Shown: one piece after another, positions 53,341 through 64,000 of the stretch | Layout: every line of letters starts with the position of its first letter | Position numbering within the stretch: the first letter of the stretch is position 1 | Assembly: GCA_918797485.1 (NCBI GenBank) | Contig: CAKKNE010000001.1 | Location: forward strand, 4,960,001 to 5,024,000 | From: Pelagomonas calceolata | Taxonomy: Eukaryota | Length of the DNA: 64,000 bases | Direction of reading: 5' to 3' | Notes under the pieces: model-generated | The model's database searches: none | Seen by the model: only the letters and a program-made list of their open reading frames with translations | Told to the model about the DNA's origin: nothing | Translations under genes and position numbers: made by a program

Positions 53341-54572
53341 CTACAGGTTATTCACTGTACGGTAACCGCGCGCGCCGGGCTGGCTCACCCGCACCGGCTC
53401 CCGCGCGGCGACCTCGTGGCCGACGAGCGTCGCGAGCAGGAGCGCTCCCCCGGCGACGGTCCACGCCGAGGGCACGTCGCCGAAGCGTAGAAAAACCCAC
53501 AGGGGCGCGAGGATGTTCTCGAGGAGGCCAATGAGCGCGCACTCGCTTCCGGACACGTGCTTCGGCGCGTAGGCGATGGCGTAGACATCAATAACGATCA
53601 ACACGGCGTCGCCGAGCGCGAGGCATAGAAACGATCGGGAACGCCAGACGGCCAAGGGCGTGCACGCCAACGTTGCGACAGTAACGTCGGCGGCGTCACA
53701 CGGCATGTACAGGCAGACGATCCCTATGAGAAGCGCTGACGGTAAAGTTGCCAGAAGCAGGTCAGCTCCTGGTGCGTGCAGGCCCGCGTGTCGGTAGACC
53801 GTGTACGTGATCCCTAGCGCGAGGCCCGTTCCGAGCGCGGTGGCGTCAAGCCTGCGGATTGCGTTTCGTGAGTCGCGGCGATGGCGTGGGGAGTAGAGTC
53901 GAAGGCACAATACGCTGATATATGCCACATGCTCCCCAGGATTTCGTCGGAGCTCGCAGGAGATACGTTAATGACCCGCGGCGCCAACACAATACCGATA
54001 GCGATGAAGGAAAACACCAGCGCCCACCGCGTCCGGACCGGTAGCGGGTCGCCTAGCAAGATAAGACCGAGCAGCGCCGACCAGAACGGCGACAGCGCGA
54101 TGAGGAGGAGCGACCGCGCCGGGTCATCCAGTAACAGCACCAGCGTGAAGCCCAGACTGAGGAGGATGTTGCAACATACCGCGGCCAAGAGGTGCGGCAG
54201 GGAAACAAACGCCCGCTTCACCTTCGCGGGATAGACGGCGGCGACCAGCGTGAGCAGTAAGGCGACGCCAAAGTACTTGGCGGAGACGACCGCAGTCGTG
54301 CTCGCACCAACAGCATGCATCGAGCGCAAAAGCATCGAATCGGGACTCACGCAGATGACGCCGAGGAACGCGAGGAAGAGCCCCCACGTGCGCGACGGCG
54401 GCGACTCTGGGGTGTCCGCCGCGCGGCGCCGGAAGCTTTCGCGATGGCGCGCGAACGCGGACATGATCGACTCGTGCTGCTGGAGTGAGTCGGCGGTCGC
54501 TGTGGTGGCGAAAGGTACCGGATCGTATTTAACCGGCGTTTGGTTGATCGAGCTCCTCTCCGGCGTCGCCAT
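53341..54572 (-). CDS. EamA/DMT transporter with one intron (~53852-53935)
   Basis: SPDSMLLR, LSPFWSALLG..LLGD, LLENILAPLWVFL.FGD.P. Confidence 0.78.
53852..53935 (-). mobile_element. degenerate introner-like intron; donor uncertain
   Basis: Contains ACGCCATCG and ends CCGCAG; frame requires a phase-2 donor, and the best nearby candidate is non-canonical GA. Confidence 0.4.
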
Positions 54573-54947
54573 CGCGCACTATCCCTCAATTATTTCCCTT
54601 AAAGGGAGAGAGTACTTAAGCGGTCACGTTCCCCTTATAACTCCCAAAAAACATCGCATTAAACGCCTGCAGGTTCTTGGACCACTGCCAGTCGGGGAAT
54701 AAGATTGATAGGGCTAGCACCAACCCAAAACACAGTAAGTGCTGGTCCGTAAATTCAATCATGGTGAATATCCGTTTCTTCTGCGGTGACCGCCTGGCTC
54801 GGCCGCGCGCGTATGACTCTAGCGAGAAACCCGTTTTGTGCACCCACGCTTTATCATATATATATGTATGCGCGTACATATAGGAAGATTCCAGTAAACA
54901 ACTTACTTCTTCAAAACGACGACGCGAGATATATGTACAAAACCCAA

Positions 54948-57900
54948 CTAGTCCTCCACCTTCGGCTCCTGCAAGCAGCACCTCCCCACACAATTCGTAA
55001 CGGCGGCGAACATGTGGAACAGTAAGGTAAGGGTACAAGTATTGAACCACACAAACCACGACGCCCCAAATATCGACATGAACATGTAGCAGCACATGGC
55101 GCAGCAGCACGTACTGTGGTACTTGCACAATAAACCGTGCGCGAAGTACGAGCACTTGCAGCAGGTCCGCTCCCGGAACTGAAAATTGTCCAGATCATCG
55201 TCGGAATCATCCCCCAAGTCTTGAGCTACTTGCACCGAGCGATTATGTGCGTCCCTCGCCTCGTGCTCGCCGCCCTCGCCACTGACAATGCGTATGAACA
55301 CTTTTTCGAGCGACGCCTGGACGACGGAGAACTCCGCAACCTTCAAAGACTTGCGTGTACTCTCGTCAAAGGCCTGGAACGCGTCAGCTAATAGATCCGC
55401 GGACTTCTCTGACGACTTCGACAGTTCATACGTTAAAGTGCCGGCATCTGCGGCGGCTAGAGTCGCGCCGAAGCGCTCCTTGACGAATGCTGAGACGCCC
55501 TCCAACGCGTCGTCCTCGATCTTCACGACCAACTCGTAGCCCGACGCGTAGCGCTGCTTGAGGTGGTCGGACGTCCCCAAACATCTTAACTGCCCCTGGA
55601 CCATGATCCCGATGCGGTCGCAGAGGAAGTCGGCCTCGACCATGCTATGCGTCGTTAAAACCACAGCTCTTCCAGCCATCGTCGCCTTGATCAGGTTCCA
55701 CAAATTCCGTTGCGAGACGGGGTCCAACCCCGCGGACGGCTCATCCAGTAACACGATCTGCGGGTCGCCGATCAGCGCGCACGCGCCTGTGTGGAAACCA
55801 ACCAGTGAGTTAGGTTATCCCACGCCATCGAGCCAACGCGGTCACGGGAACAACGTCGCGTCGATGGCGTGGAGCTCCACGCCATCGAGCAGACGCGGCC
55901 ACGGGGACGACGTCGTGGTGCGCCCGAAATTTGATTTCCACACAGACAAGCGCCGCAGAGCTTGCGCTTCATGCCCCCCGACAGGCGCCCGGCGGGCTTG
56001 TCCGCATGGTTCAAAAGCTCCACCCGCGCCAAAGTGGCCGCGACGGCGTCTTCCACTTCATTCTCGAGCATCCTCAGTCTAGCAAACAATCTCAAATGAT
56101 CGGCGCAGCTCAACGCGTCCCACAGCGTGTTGTGCTGGTTCACGACCGCCAAATGTTCGGACGCTTGCGCGAAGGACGAGAGGACCGAGGTCCCCGAGAT
56201 CGCGACGTCGCCCGACGTCGGCTCGACGGCGCGCATGACCGCGGACATGGTCGTCGTCTTGCCCGCGCCGTTCGCACCTAATAACCTGTGTGGAAATCAA
56301 GAGCGCGTCGGGTGCGCCCGACAATTCTTCACGAAGTCATTTCTCGGCGATGACGCGGCCGTGCTGGCTCCGTCGAGCGGTGAGGAACGCAACGTAAGAT
56401 TTTGATTTCCACACAGATAACAACCCAAAGACCTCGCCCGTCCGCACGCCGAAGGTGCACCCGCGCACCGCTTCCACAGCTCTTTGACCGTGCCTTTTGG
56501 GAGGGAAGACCTTGCGCACCTCCCGCACGTTGAGGCCGTACTTGTCTTCCGGAGCGGCGTCCATTTTTATGCGAGGCGCGTAGTAGTTCGGGTCGCTCAA
56601 TTCGTCCAGCAACGCGTCTTTTACAGCTGTTACTTTTGATACTACTTTTTGTACCAGCGACGGATCCGATTCTACGACGTCCTCCTCCTCTTTCTCGCCA
56701 TCTTCGAAGAGCGCCAGCACGCGTTCTCTTTCAGCAAGCACGTCCTCGTCCAGATTGTTCTTACGACGCGTCGAGAAGCGCGTCTTCGTATATGGTAGCG
56801 GCCGCGTATAGAGCCTATCCTTCACGTAGGCTAAACCTTCAAAAACCACGAACTGCGTGATTAAGATAACACACAACACCCAGTACGACGGCCACGTCGG
56901 GTTCCAGGCTTCCGGACTGTTCCCCTTCGTCGCAACAAAAGCCATGCGCATGACTCTTAACAGTGTGAAAACTATAACATTCGGTGGCGAGACGAAGGAT
57001 CCCAACCACGCGAAGGCCGCCATGGCCTCCAACGCGTTCCAGTTGAAGAGCTGCGCCTCCTTGCTACCTGGCATCCAGCCCCCGAACGCCAGTCCCAGGA
57101 AGATGATGAAGACGTCCGGCAGGATCAGCAAGCCTATCACGTAGACCGGCGTGGCACCGACACACACGAACGGATCTAAAAAAGCGTAGGACATCAAGTG
57201 CGAGAACGCGATCACGGCGGGAGGGAATAGCAGGTATATAGCTATGAGCTGAGGCGCGTCGCCGAGCCACGTCCGCCGCTCTCGCGTCGTCGTGATGCAA
57301 TCATCATAATCTCCTAGCGCGAAGCACCATTCTAAATTTGTGAGAGGGAGACCGGTCTGAGGGTTCATCGCGGGGAGCCCCGTCTCTGCCATGATCGTGT
57401 AGTTCTCAGGGAATATTGTACGGGTCTTCGTCTCTTCCACCAAGAAAGAGATGCCGTACCCATAAATAGCGAGTAGGGTGACCGACACGCCAAACACTAA
57501 AGGCACCAAATCCCCGAGTAAGCTCCCGAGCCAGTACGCGCGGTGGTCGAGCCCGCTCACCGCCAGCAGATTACGTAATCTAACTTTCCGTTCCTTCACG
57601 ACGGGCTCCGCGATTAAACCAGGTAGGAGCACCCAGATGCCGAACAGGGGCAACACGAGCAAAATATTCGTCCGGAAGCCCCACTTCCGACCACTCCCAG
57701 CCAGCGAGCCGTCCTTGGCGACTTTGCATAATACGAGAGCGCCGACGGACGGTAATACGGCCAATATGAGTGCGCGGACGCCCACGACGTACTTCGCCGC
57801 CAGTCGAGACAGGGGCCCTAATCTTTTCTCGCCCGTGACGAGGCGGTGGATTTCCATCACCACATACTCAATCCCTTGGAACGGTAATAACACGGTAATG

Positions 57901-60900
57901 AGGTCGTTGAATGCTAACCTCCCTCTTAATCTCAGGATGGCTGAAGAATGCCTTAGTAGACTCCGGGGCACGTCCACTATATTCTCACCCTCATATAATT
58001 GCTTGTACGATTCTCCCCTCTCGTTGACCTTGGCGACGTTGTGGACCGCGTCGTCCTCACCCACGGCCAAAAACACGTCCTCGAGTGTCGTCGTCGAGAA
58101 GGCCACGGACTCGGCGACGCCTCGTAAAGCACCGAACAGCGCCGGAAGTTCGTCGCCCTTATCTAACGGTAGTGAGAAGGCGCACCGGACGAGGCCCCGC
58201 GGCGTCGCCTGCGTGCCCTCCTCTTCTGTATGCATCGACGATTCAACCTCTTCGCTGAAGGAGCCCGACCGCGACGACCGCGACCGCGTGTAGGCTTGTC
58301 GGGCGTCCGTCGTATGCATTCCAGCAAGAGACGCCTCGGCGATGTCCTCGACCACTGATGAAGGCGCGGCTTTTGAAACGAGGCTCCGCGCCTGCTCCGC
58401 ATTTTGAGCCTCAAAACTAACCGCGTAGCCCTTACCGAAGGCCCGCTTCAAGAAGTCGACGGACCCGTCGGCCCTGACTTTACCGGAGGCCATGATCGCG
58501 ACGCGATCCCCCAACGCCTCGGCCTCGTCCATGTGGTGCGTCGTGAGTAACAGGGCCCGCTTCATGCGCACGGCCCGCAGCAACGTCCACAATTCTCTTC
58601 TAGCCACGGGGTCCATGCCCGCCGTCGGCTCGTCGAGCACGATGAATTTCGACGACCCCGACAGCGCAATGGACACGGACAGCTTGCGCTTCTGGCCTCC
58701 GGATAATTCGGAGCCGAGGTGGTGGGCTCTATCAGATAACCGGAAGACCTCTAACAATGAATCCGCGTCTTTGGCTGCACTCACTGCATCCCTACCTTTG
58801 AGTTGGCCAAAAAAAGCGACATGTTCTCTCAACGTCAAATGGGGGAACAGCACGTCGTGCTGCGGGCAGACGCCCAGCACCCTCCGTAAAGAATGGATCG
58901 CCTCCGGATTACCTATATCTTTCCCGTAGACCACCGCCGTCTTCCGGGCGGACGGGTCCGGTGGTAACAAACCGCTCAGCACGTTGATTGTGGTTGTTTT
59001 TCCAGCCCCATTATGTCCTAACAAACAGAACACCTCGTCCTCGACCATTTCGAAGCTCACACCATTCACAGCTCGGAACTCGCCAAAGGTTTTGGTCAAG
59101 CCCCTCACGACCACGACCGGTTCCCCCGTCCGCTCCTCATACGCATCAGAAGGGCAGCCCTCGAGCAAGCTCTCGTCGCCGTCCTCGACCTTCGCGGGCG
59201 GCACCGACATATAAGTGGAAGGCAAGAGGGGAAAGTACCACGGCCGCGGCTTGCCGAACTCGCTCCAAGGCACGATTTGCGCGAAATACCACGCCAGCAC
59301 CAGGAAGATGACACAATCTAACAACATCATACCGTATAAGGCGGCCGTCCAACTCGACGACGGCTGGCCCGTCTCTTGATTATAGAAATGCGGATAGGTC
59401 GAGTAGGGCCCTTGCACCCCGCAGCTCGCCAGGCCCTCCAAGCACGAGTTGTCGTACAACGTATACCCTTGGTCACAACTTTGACAGTTGTCCGCGGACC
59501 CGTCACAACTTGTACAGTGGTCCGCGCAGGGGCCCGCATAAGTATCATCGTAGTCGTACGAGTACGAGTACTGGAGCGCTTCGTCGAAGGCCGGGCAGCG
59601 GTGCTCTCCTAAAAATGCTCCTAAGCCGACTAATGCAGAGTCCTTCGCTTCTTCCAGTGATTTCCCTTCGGGCGCGCTGCAGCCGTAGTCGCTTGATATG
59701 AAAGCCTCGCCCTTATAGGCGCCCCAGACGCGGCACCTCTTTTTTCTATGAGACTGGAAGCCTTCCACCAGTAACATGTAGGCGAACTGGGGGTACAGCG
59801 AGTACCACCGCTGGATGGTCACGGACTTGTTCCAGACCGACGTCGCGGCCATGGCGCCGTTGGACTTTTCCCGCCACGCTCCCACGAAGTAGCAGACGAC
59901 GCCCGCCACCTGGCTGATCAACGCGAATAACGACGCGACCAGCGCGTTCGGCACGAGAGCTGCGGCACAAAAGCCAACAGAAACCAATGCTAGTAAGTAA
60001 GTCCAGTGCAGTCCCAACAAGCTAAAGAAGGGCACGTCGGCATGCCCCGCGAAGGAGAACAAGCCCGGCGCGCCCACTACCGCAATCATAAAGGCAGATA
60101 AACCACCAATGATCACGCCTTCGCTCACAAATTGCGCGAGCCAGTACGCCTGGGGCCGCAACCCGGCCATCTTCATGTATTCTACTAGACGAGACCCGTG
60201 CTCCTCCACCAAACTTACAACGACAACTTGCACGAAGGGGATGAAGCCAATAAAGCCTAGGTACAGTTCCAGCATGCCATGCGATAAAACTTGACCCTTC
60301 GTGTAGTCCCTCAATTTACCTTTTTTCCACTTGTAGTTCGGGTTCTTCGGGTTCCACCTTAATGAGGGTATGAACGTTAACCCACCAGCGACGTACAACA
60401 GCCACACCACCACCAATACGAGAGCGGGCCCCAGGACCTGTTTTATGAGAGAGGCTTTATCTCTTCTCTTGGTCCAGTAGACCTTCCAGACCAAGAGTCG
60501 AAACTGTTCTATCAAAGATCTTGAGCGGGGCGGCGCGTCGAGGGTAACATCATTATCTGGCAGTACCTGTGGAAGCGGTTGCTGCGTCACCAGCGGGTTC
60601 ACCGCGAAGACGCCGCCCTCCTCGACGTCGTCGGGCACGACGACGTTGACGTGGCCGCCCTGGCACACGACCGTCATCGCCGTCCCGGGCGGCCCCTGAG
60701 CCGTAACCTCGATCGCCGTCGGTATCGGAGGCTTCCTGACGCGTGTCGCTTTACAACACATGCAGCAGCAGCAGCACCACTTCACACATAACTTGCACGG
60801 CTCGACGCATAGCTTATTCAAGTACGTCGCGAGCGTGGGACAGGAGTCCGCGAACTCGTTGCGGATCTTCTGGAGCGTCCCGAAGGCATAACAGCACCGA

Positions 60901-61679
60901 TTCGAGACGCAGCACGCGAGCGTCCACACGCCTAGGATGGAGAGGGCCAGGTAGAAAATCAAAAACCAGTGCGCCGTCGTGACCCAGCCGAAGTGGAACC
61001 AATACTTCGGGCTCTCGTCGAAGCAGACGCCGGGTACTTGCGTGGCGTCGGCATCTGGGTCTAGGAGAGCCCTTGATAGAGCGGGGAAGTCGTCGCGGCC
61101 CTCCGACGCCGCGCAGGGGCACTGTGCAACACACGCGTCGTACATTTTTGTGCCGAAGCCCGCGTCGGCCGCGAGCGTGCCGTTGACATGGGGGACGTCC
61201 TTCCACGACACTTTCTCTCGTTCGCGCCACATCCAGCGCTCCTCGCGCAACTTGTACTCCCCCCGCGCGTAGCGCGCGTACCGCCCGTCCGGCGTGAGCA
61301 CCATGCAGTAGCTCCGCGTAACCTTCCTGTGGCCCTTGCTCTGCTTCGACCGGAACGTGTGCACCTTCTCCCGCTGCACATTCAACCAAAGCGCCCCGGT
61401 CGCGGCGTCGCAGCGCAGATGTTCACACTGCGAGAAGCCGCCCCAGGCGTGGACCATCTCCTGCGTGCTCTCCCAGTCGAACATCAGGCTGTCCTCGTCC
61501 TCTTTCATAAATGCGCACGAGAACTCGGAGATGGGCGTCGGCGCGAGCGTCGCCATTCCGGCCGGCGCCTGCGCGGCGACGGCGCCCAGCACGAGGGCCG
61601 TCAGGAGCGGCCTCGGGCGCATCTCCAGCGCGGCGGCCGCGCGCGTCATGGCGAGGGCCAGGGCGACGGCGGCGCGCAT
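54948..61679 (-). CDS. ABCA-family full transporter with extended Cys-rich N-terminus; introns 56286-56424 and 55787-55953
   Basis: [33 protein letters not shown]2 restored by splicing ([42 protein letters not shown]). Confidence 0.9.
55787..55953 (-). mobile_element. introner, GC-AG intron (167 nt)
   Basis: TSD GCACGCGC/ACAAGCGC; TIRs; multiple ACGCCATCGA cores. Confidence 0.9.
56286..56424 (-). mobile_element. introner, GT-AG intron (139 nt)
   Basis: TSD CTAATAAC/ATAACAAC; TIRs CTGTGTGGAAATCAA...TTGATTTCCACACAG. Confidence 0.92.
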
Positions 61680-61976
61680 CTTGCTTCGAGCGTGTGGTGA
61701 GGAGTGTCTTAGTGGTGAGGCGTGTCTTATTCCTGAGGCTGCGGCGCGGCTGCCCTTTCAACGTTTTTCACTCCGCACCTACGTGAGACTGCAGCCCGCA
61801 ACTCCTCCTCGTTTTTAGCGCTTCTAGGTTATGCGCGCTCACGAGTGTGTGTGTGATGGCACAGCCCGCAAGCTTCCCGGCTGAAGCACCCCGTTGAAGT
61901 GCAGCGGTGCGCGTTGCCAGACGCCTTCGTATTCCTCCCGACGCGGGCTACGGCTCTGGGACCAAGTCGAGCTAAG

Positions 61977-61998
61977 CTAGCGGCCTGTAACACACTAG
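61977..61998. promoter_or_regulatory. CTAG-TGTSTTAC-Nx-CGCTAG motif (reverse)
   Basis: CTAGCGGCCTGTAACACACTAG between ABCA and folD. Confidence 0.65.
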
Positions 61999-62231
61999 CA
62001 GCAAGCAAGCTGGGGCTGCTGAGTTGCGTGCCGCTGCGTGCGCCATTCGTGCCCTTCGCGAGCATTGCGACCCACTGTCCGACGGTTGTTGGTACGCGGC
62101 GCTGGTAGAAGCAGTCGTACCGCACTGCGAGAGCGGCAGAGCAGTGTTTGGGCCAATCGCTCCATTTGCAGTGGGCGTCGTGCAGCGCTGCGATACCACA
62201 TGCGCATTGCATGCTAGCGAGAGTCGGCACC

Positions 62232-63206
62232 ATGCGCGCACGCGCGCGCTTCTACGTCGCCGCGGCATTGACGACGGCCATCAACGCGGTGCAGATTTTG
62301 GATGGACGCGCGACCGCGAAAGCCATACGAGCCGAGTTGGGTGCTGAGGTCGCATCCATACAAAAAACGCACGGCGTCACTCCTGGTTTAGGAGTGTTGC
62401 TCGTCGGCGACCGACGGGACAGCCTGACCTACGTCAGGATGAAGAGGAAAGCTGCGGACGAGGTCGGCATTTTTAGTTCTGATGTAACGCTCCCGGCGTC
62501 GGCGTCCGAAGACGACGTATTGGAGGCGGTATCAAAACTCAACGCCGACCCCCAGATCCACGGCATCCTCGTGCAGCTCCCTTTGCCCTCTCATATTGAT
62601 GAGTCCAGGATCCTGGAGACTATTTCACCAAACAAGGACGCCGACGGTTTTTGTTATGAGAACGTCGCGCGACTCGTTTTGAGAGGCGGACCTCGACCAT
62701 TGGCGACGGCGTGCACGCCGGCGGGCTGCGTCGAACTCCTGCAACGGTACGACATACCATTGGCCGGTAAAAGGGCAGTGGTGCTGGGACGGTCCAACGT
62801 CGTCGGCGCGCCGGTCGCCGCGTTGTTGCAGCAGTGCGACGCGACGGTGACGCTCTGCCACTCGGCGTCGGAAAATGTGCCTGATATCGTCCGCGAGGCG
62901 GACGTCGTCATCGCGGCCGTGGGCAAACCGGAGTACGTGCGCGGGTCGTGGCTGAAGCCTGGAGCGACCGTGATAGACGTGGGCATTAATGCGGTCGACG
63001 ACGCGACGAAAAAAGCCGGTTATCGATTGGTGGGTGACGTCCACTTCGACGAGGCTTCCCAGGTCGTCTCGGCCATCACGCCCGTGCCGGGCGGCGTCGG
63101 GCCCATGACCATCGCCATGCTGCTGTCGAACGTTGTCAATTTGACGAAGGCGTCGGTCGGCCTGCCCATGGCGCCGCTGCCCGGTAGATTAGCGGATAAA
63201 GTATGA
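62232..63206 (+). CDS. folD: bifunctional methylene-THF dehydrogenase/cyclohydrolase
   Basis: YVRMK, HGILVQLPLP, KDADG, CTPAG, GRSNVVG.P, ITPVPGGVGPMTIAML. Confidence 0.95.
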   Translation: MRARARFYVAAALTTAINAVQILDGRATAKAIRAELGAEVASIQKTHGVTPGLGVLLVGDRRDSLTYVRMKRKAADEVGIFSSDVTLPASASEDDVLEAVSKLNADPQIHGILVQLPLPSHIDESRILETISPNKDADGFCYENVARLVLRGGPRPLATACTPAGCVELLQRYDIPLAGKRAVVLGRSNVVGAPVAALLQQCDATVTLCHSASENVPDIVREADVVIAAVGKPEYVRGSWLKPGATVIDVGINAVDDATKKAGYRLVGDVHFDEASQVVSAITPVPGGVGPMTIAMLLSNVVNLTKASVGLPMAPLPGRLADKV

Positions 63207-63246
63207 TACATTAGTCACGGGATGGGGAGGAGATATGATTCACTAC

Positions 63247-64000
63247 TCAGCAGATGGTACACTTGCAGTTGTCCATGGACTGCTGCCGGTCGGGCGGCTG
63301 GTGATGGCCGCCCGCCTGGTGCTGGTAGAAGCTCGGCATTGCCGCCGGAGACGGCTGCTTCTTCGCGACGCGCTTGCGCGACTGTATCGAACCCCGCCGC
63401 AGATTCTTCGACTTCGTCGTGTGGACACTTTGATCTAAACCGGCCTGGACGATGACCTCGACGTCGACGTCGGCCGCTTCGATCATCTCGATGACGGCGC
63501 GGAAGGAGGGCCTTAACCTGGGCTCGTCGGCCCAGCAGGCCGTCAAGACCTTGACCACCCTAGGATCCCAGTCTCTCCGAATATCCGGCCTCGCGCCCGA
63601 GATCGCGAGGCGCGCGGCCGTCTCTCCATCTTTATTCGCCCACGGGCTCCTACTATCGAGGAGATAATAAAAAATCATCGCGAAGGAGTAGACGTCGCAC
63701 TTGCGCCCGTAGGGCTGGGACAGCGCGACCTCCGGCGCCATGAACCGGAAGCTTCCCGTGGCACCCGTTAAATCGTATTGGGTGGACACCCTTGTAACAC
63801 TCTTCGTGATCTGCTTTCTAGCTTCTAACCGCCCGGAATCCTTGGCGTCCCGACCTCTTCTTCGTGTAGTAGCCAGGCCAAAGTCCGTGATCCGCAAGGT
63901 GTTCGACGTGTCCAATAGTAAATTGGCCGGTTTTAGATCTCTATGTAACACCGCGGGCGTCTGTTCATGTAAATAACGCATGCCCCGCGATAATTCGACG
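63247..64000 (-). CDS. TKL-family protein kinase (5' partial)
   Basis: GMRYLH, LHRDLKPANLL, DFGL, TGSFRFMAPEV, DVYSF, CW. Confidence 0.9.
   Translation of the reverse strand, partial: VELSRGMRYLHEQTPAVLHRDLKPANLLLDTSNTLRITDFGLATTRRRGRDAKDSGRLEARKQITKSVTRVSTQYDLTGATGSFRFMAPEVALSQPYGRKCDVYSFAMIFYYLLDSRSPWANKDGETAARLAISGARPDIRRDWDPRVVKVLTACWADEPRLRPSFRAVIEMIEAADVDVEVIVQAGLDQSVHTTKSKNLRRGSIQSRKRVAKKQPSPAAMPSFYQHQAGGHHQPPDRQQSMDNCKCTIC

Noticed and set aside
54616..54762. 48-aa ORF MIEFTDQHLLCFGLVLAL... on the minus strand
   Set aside because: AT-rich, atypical codon usage and no recognisable motif; may be UTR or intergenic
1..64000. Autonomous transposase, rRNA or tRNA genes
   Set aside because: None recognisable in the window

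Overview
GC-rich, gene-dense eukaryotic nuclear DNA, most likely a pelagophyte stramenopile alga such as Pelagomonas or Aureococcus (inferred from a fucoxanthin-chlorophyll LHC gene, bipartite plastid-targeting peptides and pelagophyte-type introner elements). It holds about 35 protein-coding genes, mostly intron-poor. Five signals stand out. (1) About 13 related 55-207 nt TIR elements (CTGTGTGG...CCACACAG, 8-bp target-site duplications starting with GT/GC) account for nearly every coding intron I could resolve. (2) A ~20-bp motif, CTAG-TGT[CG]TTAC-N0-4-CGCTAG, occurs 9 times, only in upstream intergenic DNA, and 8 of these are between divergent genes. (3) A head-to-head pair of bacterial-type fusion enzymes: PhyH dioxygenase::GmaS/GlnT-like ligase, and SDR::MetX-like hydrolase, each with an internal linker resembling a mitochondrial presequence. 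(4) A head-to-head pair of genes with Endonuclease VII-like His-Me finger motifs, one fused to a degenerate DEDDh exonuclease. (5) Two CBA1-like cobalamin-binding paralogs that differ by introner presence/absence, plus a possible third relic. All family calls come from motif recognition, not database searches.
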